Shown: positions 1 through 12,622 of the stretch, piece after piece
How the letters are laid out: each line of letters starts with the position of its first letter
How positions within the stretch are numbered: position 1 is the first letter of the stretch
Assembly (NCBI RefSeq): GCF_000372725.1
Contig: NW_005201381.1
Coordinates: 369,953 to 430,828 of the forward strand
Direction of reading: 5' to 3'
DNA: 60,876 nucleotides
DNA from: Emiliania huxleyi CCMP1516
Lineage: Eukaryota
Notes under the pieces: model-generated
The model's database searches: none
What the model was told of the DNA's origin: nothing
The model's input: the letters and a program-made list of their open reading frames with translations, nothing else
Translations under genes and position numbers: made by a program

Positions 1-825
1 CGGCGCTGCTCGTCTCGCACCTCGTCCGCCGCAGGAAGCGGGTCCCGCTGCTCAACATCGTCTACGTGAGTCGCGCGTGTGCCGAACGCAGCGAGGGAGG
101 GAAGGGGTTGAACGTAGCGTACGGCCATAGGTGATTGGGCTGTCGACGTGGTTCAACTTTCGGCAGAGCGGGCTCGCCCACGCACCGAGACGCGTGCCAC
201 GGCTCCCTGAGTTGCCCATGGTGTGCGTCCACAGGCAGAGCGGACACCTCGACGCCTCCGAGATTTACGTGCCGCACCCGTGGCGGCGCACTTGGGCGCG
301 AGAAGCCGCCTCGCACCCCTGCCGCAAGCCACCCTGGCCCCTCACTTCGTCGCTCCGACGCGCTGCCTCCTGCGCCCGCTGCCCCGCGGAACCATCAATC
401 TCCCACAATTTCCGCCGGGTCCAGGTGTCCATTCTCGTCGGGTGCGCTGCCACGCCGCCTCTGGTCGACGCGCTGATCCGCAAGGAGAGGTGGCGAGTGC
501 TCGCTCTGGCGAGCGCCATGCTGCTGCCGTACCTCTCCTCCTCGCTCGACCCGAGGCTGCGGCAGCGCTACTTCTTCGAGTTTCAGCTGCAGCGGTTGCG
601 CAAGGAGGAGGCGCATGCCCGCCCCAGCCCTCTTCCCGCACCCGTGCTGCACACAGACACCCTCCCCGGACACCTCCGCAGCAGTCGGCGCCCACCCCGA
701 GAAAATGCCCGCAGGAGTCGAGGACGTGCGAGGACGCGCCGCGCTCTGTCACGCCGGGCGGCGCCTTCCGCAGCCGCCCCACCGGAGCGCGGCAGGTCGG
801 TCGGTGCAATACGACGGAGTTGTGA
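1..825 (+). CDS. 3' part of a spliced hypothetical (probably membrane) protein, truncated by the window edge
   Basis: Manual model with introns 66-130 (GT-AG), 163-234 (GC-AG), ~269-424 (GT-AG) and ~611-714 (GC-AG) gives a continuous frame ..LLNIVY|VIGLSTWFNFR|QSGHLDASEIY|VSILVGCAATPPLVDALIRKERWRVLALASAMLLPYL..RLRKEE|ESRT..TEL*. Family not recognised. Confidence 0.45.
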
Positions 826-2379
826 ACACGGAGAGAGATGTGTTCCTTGTGGCTTAGAGGGTGTCGTTTCTGTTAACATTTGCAGCAAACTTGGACACCA
901 CACACCTTGATTTCCGTGTTCTTGTCGACTTGAACGGACTTGCAGCACCGGGGCTGGCCGTCGGGGCTCTCTTTTCGACCACCAGCTGTGTTTGAGCGGA
1001 CCCGCGCCGCGACCACGTGCACACACCACACAAATAAATAAATAAAACGGACACCTCTACTATAGGAGATGGGTAAAAAGGAACAGGTCCCCGCCCTGCG
1101 GTCTTTGTGCAGGGTTCTTTTGACACACACACAGCACACACACCTCTGGGGGGAGGCGGGGGCCCCCGGAGGCACCGTGCGCCGCGCAGCAGTGCGGAAA
1201 CGGGGCCCCGGCTCTACTAGTCTCTACTAGCACCAACTTCCCGATTAAGCTAGGTTAATCAGAGGGCAGATTTGGAGAGATCTCGAGGAGTACATACAGA
1301 TAGACCCTCCAACCATCAGAAAACTCCAACCTGATCGGTCGTACTGACCGCCGACAGATCACTCCAGACAGCAGACAGGCCGACGTCTGCACGCGGCCGG
1401 CCGGGCGAGAGGCTTGACACGATCCGACCCTGCGACCCTGACGCTGCTGCTCTAGCTATCAGCCATGCGCTGCTGACTGCTGCCACAATGTGCGACCGGT
1501 GCTGACCCACTTGGCGGCCTTCCCGGTCAGTGGTGAGGCGCAGTTCAAGAGCTGTCGATGGCGCGATGCCGCACTGGTCCCACATCGGTGACACGAGACC
1601 ACCACGTTTGCCGGTCCAAGAGAGAGGCACCGGCGCTGTCCTGAGAAGGTGCATGGTCCCTCTTGACTGCCCATGCGCGCGAGGCTGTGTAGGCATAGCC
1701 TCGAGAGTGCCAGCAGCCAGTCCGAGGCAGTTTGTGACGCGCATTGCGTCAGAAGCGTGCACGCAGCTGGAAGGACACCTTCCTACTGGCCGTACGATCA
1801 GGTCGTCACTGAATGCCGAAGACTAAGGCCGCGAGCTATGCAGGCGGTCAGTTGAGCAGCATGGCACGGTCAGCAGCGCCGAAAGGATGTCGCAAGGCGT
1901 GATAGCATGGCCGCAAGTACGCCGAATCCCATGAAAACAAGTAAAAAATAGCGCGAAAAAGAAAAATGCCAAAAAAAATCGGCGCCTGCGGCGGGCTGGG
2001 GGACCCCATCTCCCCCCCGCATGGGCACCCCCTAGGGCCCTCGCCTCCCCCCAGAGACACACACACCACTCTAGTCTCTTTGTGCAGGGTTCTTTGTGGG
2101 TGTGGTCGGCGACTAGCCGGGGTCGTCCTCCCGATGGGGGGGGGACTAGCACTAGCCGTCTTCCTTCTTCCACATGGTCCCTCTCGCGGGTTGTGTGGTG
2201 AGTTCGGCAGTCGATATGTGAATAAACCGACACAACTCTTTCAGCAGTCGTGTCGCCTTTTGACTTCCCCCGCATGAATCCAATCTCTGTGTATCATTTT
2301 TGGACGCTCTAAGCTCTACATCACGCGCAGAAGGGACACCTCTCTCTACTCTGCGCGAACCCCGGCTAGCATCGCCATC

Positions 2380-3756
2380 TCAGCCAAGGACGGATTCGCT
2401 GGACTCTTGGTTGAGCCACGAATCGGCACGGGCGTGGCTTGCACGCGATGCGCGGCTTGCGCGCTGCCAGGCAACCTCCGCGTACTCGCGCGCCTCCGCC
2501 TTGAGGTCCGACAAGTCTTTGTACAACGCCTTTTGCCGGCCTGTCAGCGCGTCCTCCGAGGCTTGGGAGAAAATGGACGAGCGGCGTGTCGGGGGGGGCG
2601 AGGGCGTCTCGACTGCCGCAAGCTCGCTTGCAGCAGCAGCCGGCACGAGTGAGACCTCGGGCTCCGTGGAGGGCGCCACCGCCTGCTGTGCGGCCTTCAC
2701 GGGCGATTTTGAGGGTGACTTCGCTGGCGACGGCGGCGCCTCCACCCCGAGGCAACGCACGACCCGCGGCGAGAGCAGCACGTTGGAGACCGAGCGTTGG
2801 AAGCGCTGCATCAGATCGAAGAGACTTGGCTCGGCCGCCGCCTCGGCCGCCGCCATGCGAAGGTACTCTGCGTGTGCTGGGTCGACGGGTGGGTCCCCCT
2901 CATCGTCCGCCGCACTCGTGGCGGCCCCTGCAGCCTTGCCGCCGGCGTCGTCGCCGCCAGCTGCGTCATCGTCGCCCGGTGCGTGCTCCGGATCTGCGAC
3001 CTCAACAAACTCTGCAGACTGGGCCGGCGTCGGCGGCGCCACGCGCGGTGCAGCCGCCGCCTCCAACTCCAGCTCCGGAGCCTCGGGCTCCAGAGCTGGC
3101 GCAGGCTGCTCTGGCGCCGTGGCGGGCTCATTCTCCAACGTCAACTCCGCTTCCGGCATTGGCTCTAGCCCAGGCCCCGGTGTCGGCTCCAGCGCCGTCT
3201 CCTCTGCCTCCTCGGGCGTGCCCGGCTGGGGCTCTGCCAGCGCCACAAGCTCCTCCTCCGCGTGTTCGTCTGAGGCATCCACTGCCGCTGCCGCCTCGGT
3301 CGGCGGCTGCACCTCTGCATTCGCCTCCGCCACGGACGGCAGCGCCGCTGCGTCCGCAGTGGCCTCCATTGAAGACTGACGAGAGGATGGGTGGTAATCG
3401 TCCGCCCAGCCACTAGCTGGCTCTGCTTCTATTGCCTCCACGGCTGGCGGCTCTGCCTCTGCTGTCTCAGCGGGCGCGGACGGCGCGGGAGGCGCAGGTT
3501 CCTCCTTTGACCGGCGCAGCTGCTCCGTCCGCGTCATTGGGACGCTGTGAGTTGAGGATCGCAGCTTTGATCCCTCACCACTCAACCTCCTCGACTTTGC
3601 CGCCGAGACGTGAGCTGCCTCGCGCACGATTTCAGAGTCGGTCCGAAATACAGCATCGGGCTCGGCGTCGGCGGCGTTTGTCTCGTCCTTCTTGCCCCGC
3701 CGCTTGAACACCTTCGCAACGCGCTGAAATGATGAAGAGCGGAAGATCTTTGACAT
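2380..3756 (-). CDS. Hypothetical Ala/Glu/Pro-rich low-complexity protein (458 aa, single exon)
   Basis: Long ATG-initiated ORF with a basic N-terminus (MSKIFRSSSFQRVAKVFKRRGKK), an acidic AEP-rich middle and a short helical C-terminus. No recognisable domain. Confidence 0.5.
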   Translation of the reverse strand: MSKIFRSSSFQRVAKVFKRRGKKDETNAADAEPDAVFRTDSEIVREAAHVSAAKSRRLSGEGSKLRSSTHSVPMTRTEQLRRSKEEPAPPAPSAPAETAEAEPPAVEAIEAEPASGWADDYHPSSRQSSMEATADAAALPSVAEANAEVQPPTEAAAAVDASDEHAEEELVALAEPQPGTPEEAEETALEPTPGPGLEPMPEAELTLENEPATAPEQPAPALEPEAPELELEAAAAPRVAPPTPAQSAEFVEVADPEHAPGDDDAAGGDDAGGKAAGAATSAADDEGDPPVDPAHAEYLRMAAAEAAAEPSLFDLMQRFQRSVSNVLLSPRVVRCLGVEAPPSPAKSPSKSPVKAAQQAVAPSTEPEVSLVPAAAASELAAVETPSPPPTRRSSIFSQASEDALTGRQKALYKDLSDLKAEAREYAEVAWQRASRASRASHARADSWLNQESSESVLG

Positions 3757-4638
3757 CGCGGTGGTTCGAGGGATGCCCGGGGTGGACTGCCGATGACTTG
3801 CGTACGTCCTTGTCCTCGAGGTCCTTGCGATGCAAACATTTCCCAGAATACTTCCCAGGCTGGTCTATGAGAGGTTGAGGTGCGAGCCAGAAGGCCCGCG
3901 CGCAGGGGTGTGGGACATGACTTTCCTTTAAGAATTCTTTTTGATGAGCTTGCCTGCGGCGAGGGCGGTCGAGTGCACGAGCTATGGTGGCATGGCCGTG
4001 CTGCGTACGTCGCCGTCACTCGTTAGTGTATGGATCGACATACAGTGTGCATGTTCTGTGCTCTCTAGACTCTTCCTGTGTGCTATGTGAGCATACTGGG
4101 GGTTGGCGGTTGCTCGTTAAGCTTTTACCAGAGGAGCGCGTACGTACGGACAGGGAGTGCGCGTGGGCTCTATCTATCTAGTACACGCGCCATCGTAAGG
4201 CCGTCTAGCGCCGTACATAGTATCGAGATAGTGGTTCTATTCGAACTCGATTAGACGATAGACGATACCCATTACCTCCCGCGGCTCTCTACGCTCAGGT
4301 TGTGTGAATCATAGCGCCATAGGACGTATTTTCTTCTCACTCATAACAAGGCTGTGAACTCCTGTGTCCGGGGTGTGTGAAGTGAGGACGGACGGACGGA
4401 GAGACACTCCACTCGAGTCGAGGTGTCGACGCGCTGCATGCCATGGGTCGTGACACTTTCTTCATCGATGTGTTAGTACCGAGAACTGAGAGTGCCTCGC
4501 CGTCCTCGCAGGAGTCGCTTAGGCGGCTCCCGTGGTGTACCTGTGTTAGTGCCAGTGCGCGCCAGTCCCGTGCCTAGACCCTAGTGTCGTGCGAGGGAGT
4601 TTAATTTAGGCTGAACAAGCTTTTCATCTCGCACCCCG

Positions 4639-5014
4639 TCTCTTTTCCTTTCCTTTTTTCTCTACAGCACCCTCTCTTTTCCTATCTATTTTCCCGGGAA
4701 AACTCCGTGTCAATTTGGGGGGCTCTGAGCCGAGTCTGAGGCTATTTTGGGGCCAAAATCAGCAAAATCGGCCAAATACCGGGTATTTTGCCGGGATACC
4801 TGACAAACCCCGGGTATACCTGGAAAATACCCAGGTATCGTGCCGATTTCCTCAATTTTGCCTCAGATTTTGCCCCAGCCAGCCAGAACAGCTCTCAGAC
4901 TCAGCTCTCAGGGAAACTCGCCACGTTTCCCGAGCGAGGGAAACTCGAGAGAAACAAGAATGGAGCACCAAACACCCTCTGTTTTCCCTGGAAATTTCCG
5001 GAAACGCAAAGTGC
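4639..5014 (+). repeat. Dispersed ~380-bp non-coding repeat, copy 1 (inverted relative to 13863-14239)
   Basis: Long blocks match the reverse complement of 13863-14239, e.g. GAATGGAGCACCAAACACCCTCTGTTTTCCCTGGAAATTTCCGGAAACGCAAAGTGC and TTTTGGGGCCAAAATCAGCAAAATCGGC. Confidence 0.85.
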
Positions 5015-5044
5015 CCAGGGGCGCCTCCGTTTTCTTTTTTGCAA

Positions 5045-5301
5045 AAAGAAAGAAAGAAAGAAAACAGACAACCCAAGGGACGGATGGGAGGACGGCACGC
5101 CGCCACCACACAGGGATTTTAAGGAGAGGAGTGTGGTGCTAGCCGTCGCCCACCCTTGGGCGTCCGCCTCTTCCTATCTCCCTTCGCAGTCCCTCGCCGA
5201 TTCTCGCTGCAACCTTCATGCCACCTCGCGGTCGTCCCACTCTCGTCGTTCTCCCTCCTGTCGCTTCCTCGTCCTCTGTCGCGTCGCTCTCCTCTGCCTC
5301 G
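5045..5301 (+). repeat. Dispersed repeat module (CCACCACACAGGGATTTTAAGG..GCAACCTTCATGCCACCTCGCG), probably retroelement-derived
   Basis: Homologous segments at 16728-16931 (+) and, reverse-complemented, at 24165-24243, 25430-25523 plus 26172-26310, and 41636-41680. Confidence 0.75.
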
Positions 5302-5566
5302 CAAAAAGTATGTGCGGCCTTGTGCCAAAACTGAGCTCTTCCTGATTCTTTTTTGATGAGCCGGTGTGTGTGCCAGTCCGCGTGATGGCGGCGTTTCCTG
5401 ATTCTTTTTTGTCCCGTGCCCAGTGTTGTGCGAGGCTGGGGTGACAAATTTTTTTGAGAGCGCCTTCGTTGTTAATAGTAGCAGCCCAATTTTTTTCGAT
5501 GCGCTTGACAGCGTTCTGATGAGGCAACTCGCCCTCACGATCTAAGAAGCAGGGTGTCTGGAGATA

Positions 5567-6545
5567 ATGGACGAATATTTCTATACGCACGAGCCGCATC
5601 CGGGGCCGCGCGGCGGCGGGAGCGGTCGCGCCTGGCCGCGCACCATCGATCGCGGCGTGTCGCCCGGTCCAGCCGCAGTGGCCCCGAGCGATCGCGGGCA
5701 GATTGGCTTCTTGAACGTCACCTTTGTCGCGCGCGACGACCCGCTGAGCGCCGCCCGTTTTGTCGAGGGTGCCGGCGCCGCCGACCATGATGACGAGCAC
5801 CACATCTTCCGGTCGCACGTCCGCGGGTTCGACCCGCACGAAGCTCGGCCGGCCACCCTCCAGCGGGCCGAGCGAGATCTGGGCGGGTGGGCCAGGGCTC
5901 CGCCGGCTGCGGAGGTTGAGGAGCGTGACGACGACGGCACGCAGGTGGAGGTTTGGAGGCGGGGGGGGGCGCGGACGGGGGGCGGCGACGGAGGGGAGGC
6001 GCGGGGGCGAGGCAGCGGCGAAGACGGCACGGGCGAGGCTGGCGAGGCGGGCGAGCGTTGCACTTCCGCCTCGTGCCGCTTCGAGTGGGAGCTGTCGCGA
6101 GACCGGGGGGCGGCAGGCGACGCCGGGGGGGTGGCGCCGGCAGCGCGGGCAGAGGGGGGCCGTGGCGGTCGTCGCGGCCACGGCGGGCATGGGGGGGGGC
6201 ACCAACACCAACATGACCACCGGAGGGAGAACCGACCTCGCGCCACCCCGCCAGAGGGCTTGCCATACGGGGCCCTGCGCGGCGGACTCTCGGGCAGGCT
6301 GGGCCAGGTGAAGGCGGCCGCGCTGCATCTCTCGACCGCCGAGGCGCTCGCGGCCTCGGCGCTCTTGCTGCTCGCCGGCCTCGTCGCGGTGTGTGGCCTC
6401 CGCGCGTGTGCGAGGTGTGCCCCTATCCTCTGCTGCCTCTCCTCTGCTGCCTCTCCTCTCCTGCCTCGCCGCGGCTTCTCCCCTCTCCCCACCGCGGCCT
6501 CTCCCCTCTCCTCTGCTGCGTCGCGGTGCCCCTCCTCTGGCTCTG

Positions 6546-6607
<62 letters not shown>

Positions 6608-6781
6608 CACACCGTTGCTCACACCGTGTCTCGGCTGCATTCTCGCGCCGCTCGCGTGCATGTACACAGGCGCTGCTGCTCTGGTAATGGCGACGAGAAA
6701 GAGTACCGCAAGGCGCGCGGTGCCCCGGGTGCCAGAGCGGGGAGAGCCGGAGAGCGCGTCTTCACGTTCTTGCACGTGTGA
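5567..6781 (+). CDS. Hypothetical protein with a C-terminal transmembrane helix (possibly the 3' part of a longer gene)
   Basis: ORF MDEYFYTHEP..CRFEWELSR..ALAASALLLLAGLVAVCGL. A probable intron at ~6407-6669 removes the CT-rich/(AG)n tract. Confidence 0.4.
6548..6604. repeat. (AG)n microsatellite
   Basis: Directly visible. Confidence 0.95.
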
Positions 6782-9110
6782 CCGCGCAGGCAAGACGCTC
6801 TTCATCCCTGTCCGGCTACCTCTCCACTGGCAGCGGATGCGGTCTCCTGCTGGAGACCTCCACCGGCAGCCTGCAGGAAGCCGCTCTCTCCGGGCTCTGC
6901 GCGCCGCGTGCTGCGCTGCGAGCGCGGCGAGGCTGTGCTGAATAGGTCTCGCCGATGCTTGCGTCTTCAGACCGCAAGTCGGCGCGCGAGCATTGGAGGA
7001 GCGTGCGGGCGTCGCGGCAGAGCTTCTCCTCAGGCCCGAGACGCTGTACCCCCCGGGGAGTACACTAGCGCGCATCTGCCGGCAGATCCTGCGCGCTTGT
7101 GCGCTCTGGCACCGAGATGTCTGGGATCGAACCGTTTTGGCCCTTTGTGTCCCGCGTCGCACCCCGCCTCCCCCCCCCGTTTATGTTTCAAGCGGTCTTG
7201 TCGCGGGAAGTTTGCTTTTTGCTTGGGGGGTAGGCCGCTCCCCCCCGGGCATTTCGGGGGAGGGGGGCCCCCCCCCCCCCCCCCCCCTCCCCCCCGCGCT
7301 CCCCCGCCCGCCTGCGCCTCCCGCCCGCCCCCGCCCGCCTGCGCCTCCTCCCCTCGCAAGAGGCCGCCTCTCGCCATTCGTGTGGTGCGAGCGCGGACAC
7401 CTGACGGTCGGCTGTCGCGGCCTGCCAGGGTGGGATGGCCCGCCAAAGTGCGAACGCAGGAGAGGACCAGCCTCGACGCATACCCCCCCCCTCCCCCCTT
7501 CCTTCCACTTCAGGCGCCCACCTCGCCTACCGGGTGGTCTCCCGGCGCCGGCCTCGCGGCGAGCTTGTTCGGGCGCATGGACGTCGGCGCGCTCGCGGGC
7601 AGCGAGCGGGTGCTTGAGCAGGTGGCGCGTGAGAGCAGTTACGACGAGGACGTCGAGGGCGGCGGCGGTGCGTTCACAGGCCGGCGGGGCCGGCTGGACA
7701 GATATAATCTCGAAATGCGGCCGCCCGCACTCGCCCGGAGCGGCGGCTGGAGAGGTGTGCCGACATAAGACGAGGGCATGCGATCGTTACTGCGTCTGGT
7801 TGCCATCTCGTGTAGGCGCGGGAGCCACACGGAGCTTCTGGGCAGCTACGATTCGGCCGTTTCGGACGGGGAGGACGGGTAGACGAGATATACGTCGCTC
7901 CTCGCTACTGTGCGCGGGCCCCGCGCACAGGTCTAGTCACAGGCCCACAGCCGCGGGCACGGCGTGGCGGACGAACTCAAACAATTCTGACTCCTCCACG
8001 CTCCGCGGTGAAAGCCGTAGGGTCCCTAGGAGGCTTTCCGCTTGTCCAAATGACTTCATCTTCAAAAGTAGCAGGCGCACATCGCTACGCTTCCAGGTTC
8101 CAGCACATCCAGATCCACAGGGATGGCGGGAGGGGGGGGGGCGTGGTCGAGAGGCGTGGAGGGAGGCGGGAGGCGCGAGCGCGCGACTGAAAGAGAAAGG
8201 CGAGAGCACGCTACGGCTTTAAGTAAAGGCCGTACGGGGTGTGGACCGTGAGTTGACCAGGGGTTGTGCGCCGGGCCCTCCTGCTCGGCTCCAGCCAGTA
8301 GACAAGTCTTGTCACTAACAGAGTAGAAGGATCTGACCTCGGGGCCGATGTGACCAAGCGCTGGTAGCGTGGTTTTACCTCACACCCATGGTCTCACAGT
8401 GTGCCGGCAGTCGCCGAGCAGTGTCGCTCACACAAGCCGCAGCACAAGTGACTGAGGGCCAGTGAGGGCGAGCCCATCGCTGTCACAGCTGTGGTAGCCG
8501 CACAGTAGGCTGTGTCAACTGTGCAGAGCGTGTGAGCAGCCGAGGAGCTGCTCTCCAGGCTTCTGACGCAAAGAGCTGCATGCCATCGAAGGCGCTGTCG
8601 AGGTTCGCCGAGCGCGGCGCAGGTTGGAGGACACCGTCACCGACGAGCGGGTTGGACTTTTCACTCCGGACAAAGACGGCGACACGCACACGAGCTGCGG
8701 CCGTGTCGCCGTCATAGCGGCGAGGCGCGGGACCGTCTGTGGAGAAGTGGGTCGCGTCCTCCGATTTCCTCAACTCACGGTCCGCTCCCTCTAAGAGGGC
8801 GGTGAGGTGGCGACGCCGCGTCACGCCTCACGCAGATCTATGGCGTATGGGAATAGTTGGGGAGAGGGAAGAGAGCGGTGCGGCAGCGTTAGGTCCTTTA
8901 AGGAAGCAGATGGTGGGTTTCGGCAGAAGACTACAACGGCGCTCCCCCTGCGGCTACGCGGCGGGTCGCGGGCGCGCGCGCCGTCGATTCCGCCACGCGA
9001 ACGCGAGGCAGGGTGCGGCGAGGCGGCGGCGCCATCGGTGAGGGGGCGGCGGCGGGGATGGGTTGGGGGGAGGCGCGAGCCTGCGGTGGCGGCTAGGGCG
9101 GCGGCGGCGG

Positions 9111-9210
9111 NNNNNNNNNNNNNNNNNNNNNNNNNNNNNNNNNNNNNNNNNNNNNNNNNNNNNNNNNNNNNNNNNNNNNNNNNNNNNNNNNNNNNNNNNN
9201 NNNNNNNNNN
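9111..9210. other. Assembly gap (100 N); further gaps at 44026-44125, 45142-45241 and 57616-57715
   Basis: Runs of N. Confidence 0.99.
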
Positions 9211-10100
9211 GCGGTGCTGGGCAGGGCGGTGCTGGGCAGGGGCAGGGCGGGGCGGGCAGGGGCAGGGCAGGGTGGTGCAGGGCAGCGCAAGGCAGGGGCG
9301 GTGCTGGGCGGTGGTCAGAGTGCAGCGGTGCGGCGCGGGCGCCTTGAGCTACTACGGGCGGCGTGGGCGGTGGGCGGGCGGCCCGTGCGCCATCGGGCGT
9401 GCAGGGCGAGCGTCGCGAGGGCGGGCGTCGCGCGTGAGGGCGTGGCTGGCTCGACGACACGCCCGGCACGTCCGGCGGTCAATCTGGACGGCGGGAGCGG
9501 GCGGGCGGTGAGCGAGGCAGGCGCGGGTGGGCGCGGAATGGCTCTGGGAGGCGCGGGAGTGGGCGGGGCGGCGATCTCAAAAAAATGTCGTCGATCGCAG
9601 ATCCAAGATCGAAGATGTGCACAACCATCGCCGATCCGAGATGCGAGATGAGGAAAACACGCATCTCGTCTCCGAGAGCAACTCAAATCGGCTCGACACA
9701 CACACACACGTATACACACACTAGCTGAGGGGCTCGCTAAACGCTCGCCGAGCCCCATGCTGTGCAACACCACCTCCTCACTAATCGTCAGGGGCGCGTG
9801 AGAGCGCAGTGCACTGCGGTGAGGCTGCGCAGCGGGGGCTCGCCCCCTGCACCGCGCTCAGCGGCACAGGGGAGGGCGGTCGGTGGCGGCGGCGGCGAGG
9901 CGCGAGGCGGTGGCGGCGGTGGTGCGGGCGGCGGGATAATAGGGGAGGCGGCGGGATTGACAGGGGAGGCGGCGGCCACGAGCGGAGCGGCGCGAGAAGG
10001 GGGGGGGCGGCGGCGAGGCGCCGGTGAGCGAGGCGCCCGCGCCATCAGAGGGACGCGCCGCTGCGAGATGGAGGGCGGCGGTGACGGAGGCGAGGCGCGA

Positions 10101-10135
<35 letters not shown>

Positions 10136-10897
10136 ACGGCGGCACCGAGTCTCGGTGAGCGGCGGCGGGAGGAGGAGCAGCGGCGGCGCTCGCTCGCTGT
10201 TGGCGGGAGCGCTTTTGAGCCTGGGAGCCCATGCCACTGCGACCGGCGTGCCCGGGAACGGAGATCGCGCGCGCGCCGCCACTCACGACGCGCGCGCGAT
10301 CTTCGCGGAGTCGGGTCCCCAGAGGGAAGCGGTCTTCTCGGCCGACGTCCAGCGGCGCGCAAGGAAGCAGGCGCAGCGGAGGCGGCCTAGCACCGGCTCG
10401 GCGCCGGGCGGTTGCGCTGCCCGCGAGCCGCGTCCTGAGCCTCGGCAGCGCGCTTCGCGGCGCGGCGCTCGCGTTTCTGCTGTGCCGAGAGCGGCATGAT
10501 GGTTTGCCAGCTGAAGCTCGAGACTCCTCGGGTCCGCGAATTCCGCTGGTCACGTGTAAACGGCGGACAACGGGGGAGCAATATATCTTTAGATAATGTA
10601 CCTGATTATCAACACATACGGTTTAGCGCGACGACCGGGGGAGCTCTGATCGCCGTACCACCCCCCCAGACAGCCCCTCCCGACGGGGACGCCATCACCC
10701 TCGCCCAGGGATCTACAAACAATGCTGTCTTAAGGTCCGACCTGTGGGCACTGCCTGCGCTCGGCACCGGGCACCGCCTCGGTATACAAAATGCGCCTGC
10801 GGGCGGACCCTCACAGATCACAGATCACACATACCTAATAACGTTATTATTAAACTTTATTAGCTTATTTACACTAATCAGTTTCGTTAGAAAATGC

Positions 10898-11231
10898 TTG
10901 AGCACTTGAGCACTGGATAGGGTCGATTCCGCGTGGTACGGGACCCCTCGATCGTCTCGCCCTCCCTCACTGGAGTGTTCATTGGGGGGGGGGTCATAAC
11001 AAACACGGTACAGGATCGGGGTGCACGCTTGCCGAAGCAGTGTCGTCCCCCCTCTCCTCGACGGTGATGGCGGTGTGACCGATCGAGCTACAAGAGGAGC
11101 TTGTTCAGCAGGATCCGGGATAGTCTCGTGCACTACCTCACTGGGCCTGAGACCACAGAGCCAGCATCCCATCACCGTCTCGGATTTGCGTGGGGTCGAA
11201 GCAACCACTCCGGGGCCTGCGTGCGAGGTGG
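10898..11231 (-). mobile_element. Short non-autonomous insertion ending in a GTGCTCAAGTGCTCAA tail, with a 9-bp TSD-like flank
   Basis: Reverse complement matches ~25848-26161. Flanked by AGAAAATGC (10889-10897) and AGAAACTGC (11232-11240) within an AT-rich TAATAA-rich host sequence. Confidence 0.65.
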
Positions 11232-12622
11232 AGAAACTGCTAATAACAAGCCTAATAATAACGTTTTTAGGTATGTGTTGATAATCAGGTACATTATTAG
11301 GCTAATAGTTTGATAGTGCGTGGCTGAAAGTCCAAACTCCATATGTTGTGTGCTCTCGCCCCCACCTTGAGTGCAGAGTGATCGGAGGTGGTACCCACAC
11401 ATGCAGCGTGCTTAGTTTGCATGAGTTTCCATCATATGACCATGTCACCCCGATGCCAGGTAATTTTTCTTGCATTCTTGGCCTTCCTTTCTCGCAAAAC
11501 AGCTTACAGACAGGACCATCACCTGCGCACGCTCGAACTTTACCGGTATGGGAGTTTTTAGCTAATCAAACCCGACCCTCACTAATCAAAAAGTGGTATG
11601 GGGTACCACGTGCCTCACGGAAACCAAAGCGAGTCCGGAGTGCATTTTTGGCGGCGAAATCGGCGAAATCGGCAAAATGCCGGGTATTTGCGGGCATACC
11701 TGCAAAAACTCGGGCATTCCCGGGTAATACCCGCACTTTTGCATGGCTTCGCTTCCTGGGACCACACCCACAGCCGCTACCGCTAATCAACACTCCGCAT
11801 ACCACTTTCGCATATACCAGCACTATACCATACCGTACCACCTCCAAACTTAATCAAAATATCACCAAATACCGGTCTCATGCCGGTAAAAGTTCGAGCA
11901 CTGCGGGGGGGGCTGCACACAGCTGCCTTGCCTAATTGTACCTCCTCGTAGCGAACGAAGTGCGTCGCCGCACGCCGGCCGCGAGCCGCGGCGCGCGCGC
12001 CACTTGCTCGGCTTTCGTCGATGCTGCAGGCCGCAGAGGCCCCTCGACCTAGAGTAGGCGGGAAAGTGCGCCGGGGCGCGGGGCTCGACATCGCGCTACA
12101 AAGTACAAAAAGCGCGGTGGAACACCTGTGTGTAACACTGGTGAGTGGTGTAACGTCCACTCGAAGAACGCGCGCTCAAAAACACGAGACCCAAGCACTT
12201 CATGGAGTCACAAGTGAAGGAGTGACGGAGACGAGAGACGCTGGACGGATTTTGATACAGAGGTAAGGCGACACGCAAATTTCGACGACGTCACCGCGTC
12301 CATTGATCGGTACACGGAGAGGCGGGGTCATGCGGGGTGTGTGAATTTTCACCGGGATGACGGCTCACACAACTGCGCGGTGATACCGCACGGGCCGACT
12401 AGCTGCCACGGCGGCCCAAATTCTGGGCGGCCTTTGCATCGAGCGATCCCCAAGCAGCGCCGCAGGCGGGGTACAGCCGCGGACGCTCACGCCTGCAGGG
12501 AGGGCGCAGCCGAGTCGGAAGGCGCGGCGCGGGAGCTTGAAGCTTCTCGCCTTCCGTGCAACATGGGGCGCGCCGGCGCGCGATGCCTCGATTCGCACGC
12601 GTGCCCGCGCTACTGGCGCGGG

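Noticed and set aside
5510..5560. CTGATGA as a possible hammerhead ribozyme core
   Set aside because: No properly placed GAAA or closing stems found by eye.
6908..10600. Many overlapping Arg/Gly/Pro/Ala-rich ORFs
   Set aside because: Expected at this GC content; no conserved motifs or coherent splice model found.
10889..11240. Site-specific targeting of AGAAACTGC by the GTGCTCAA-tailed element (same 9-mer at both insertions)
   Set aside because: The element is in opposite orientation to the motif at the two sites, at 25622 the motif is part of the host repeat, and two cases are too few.
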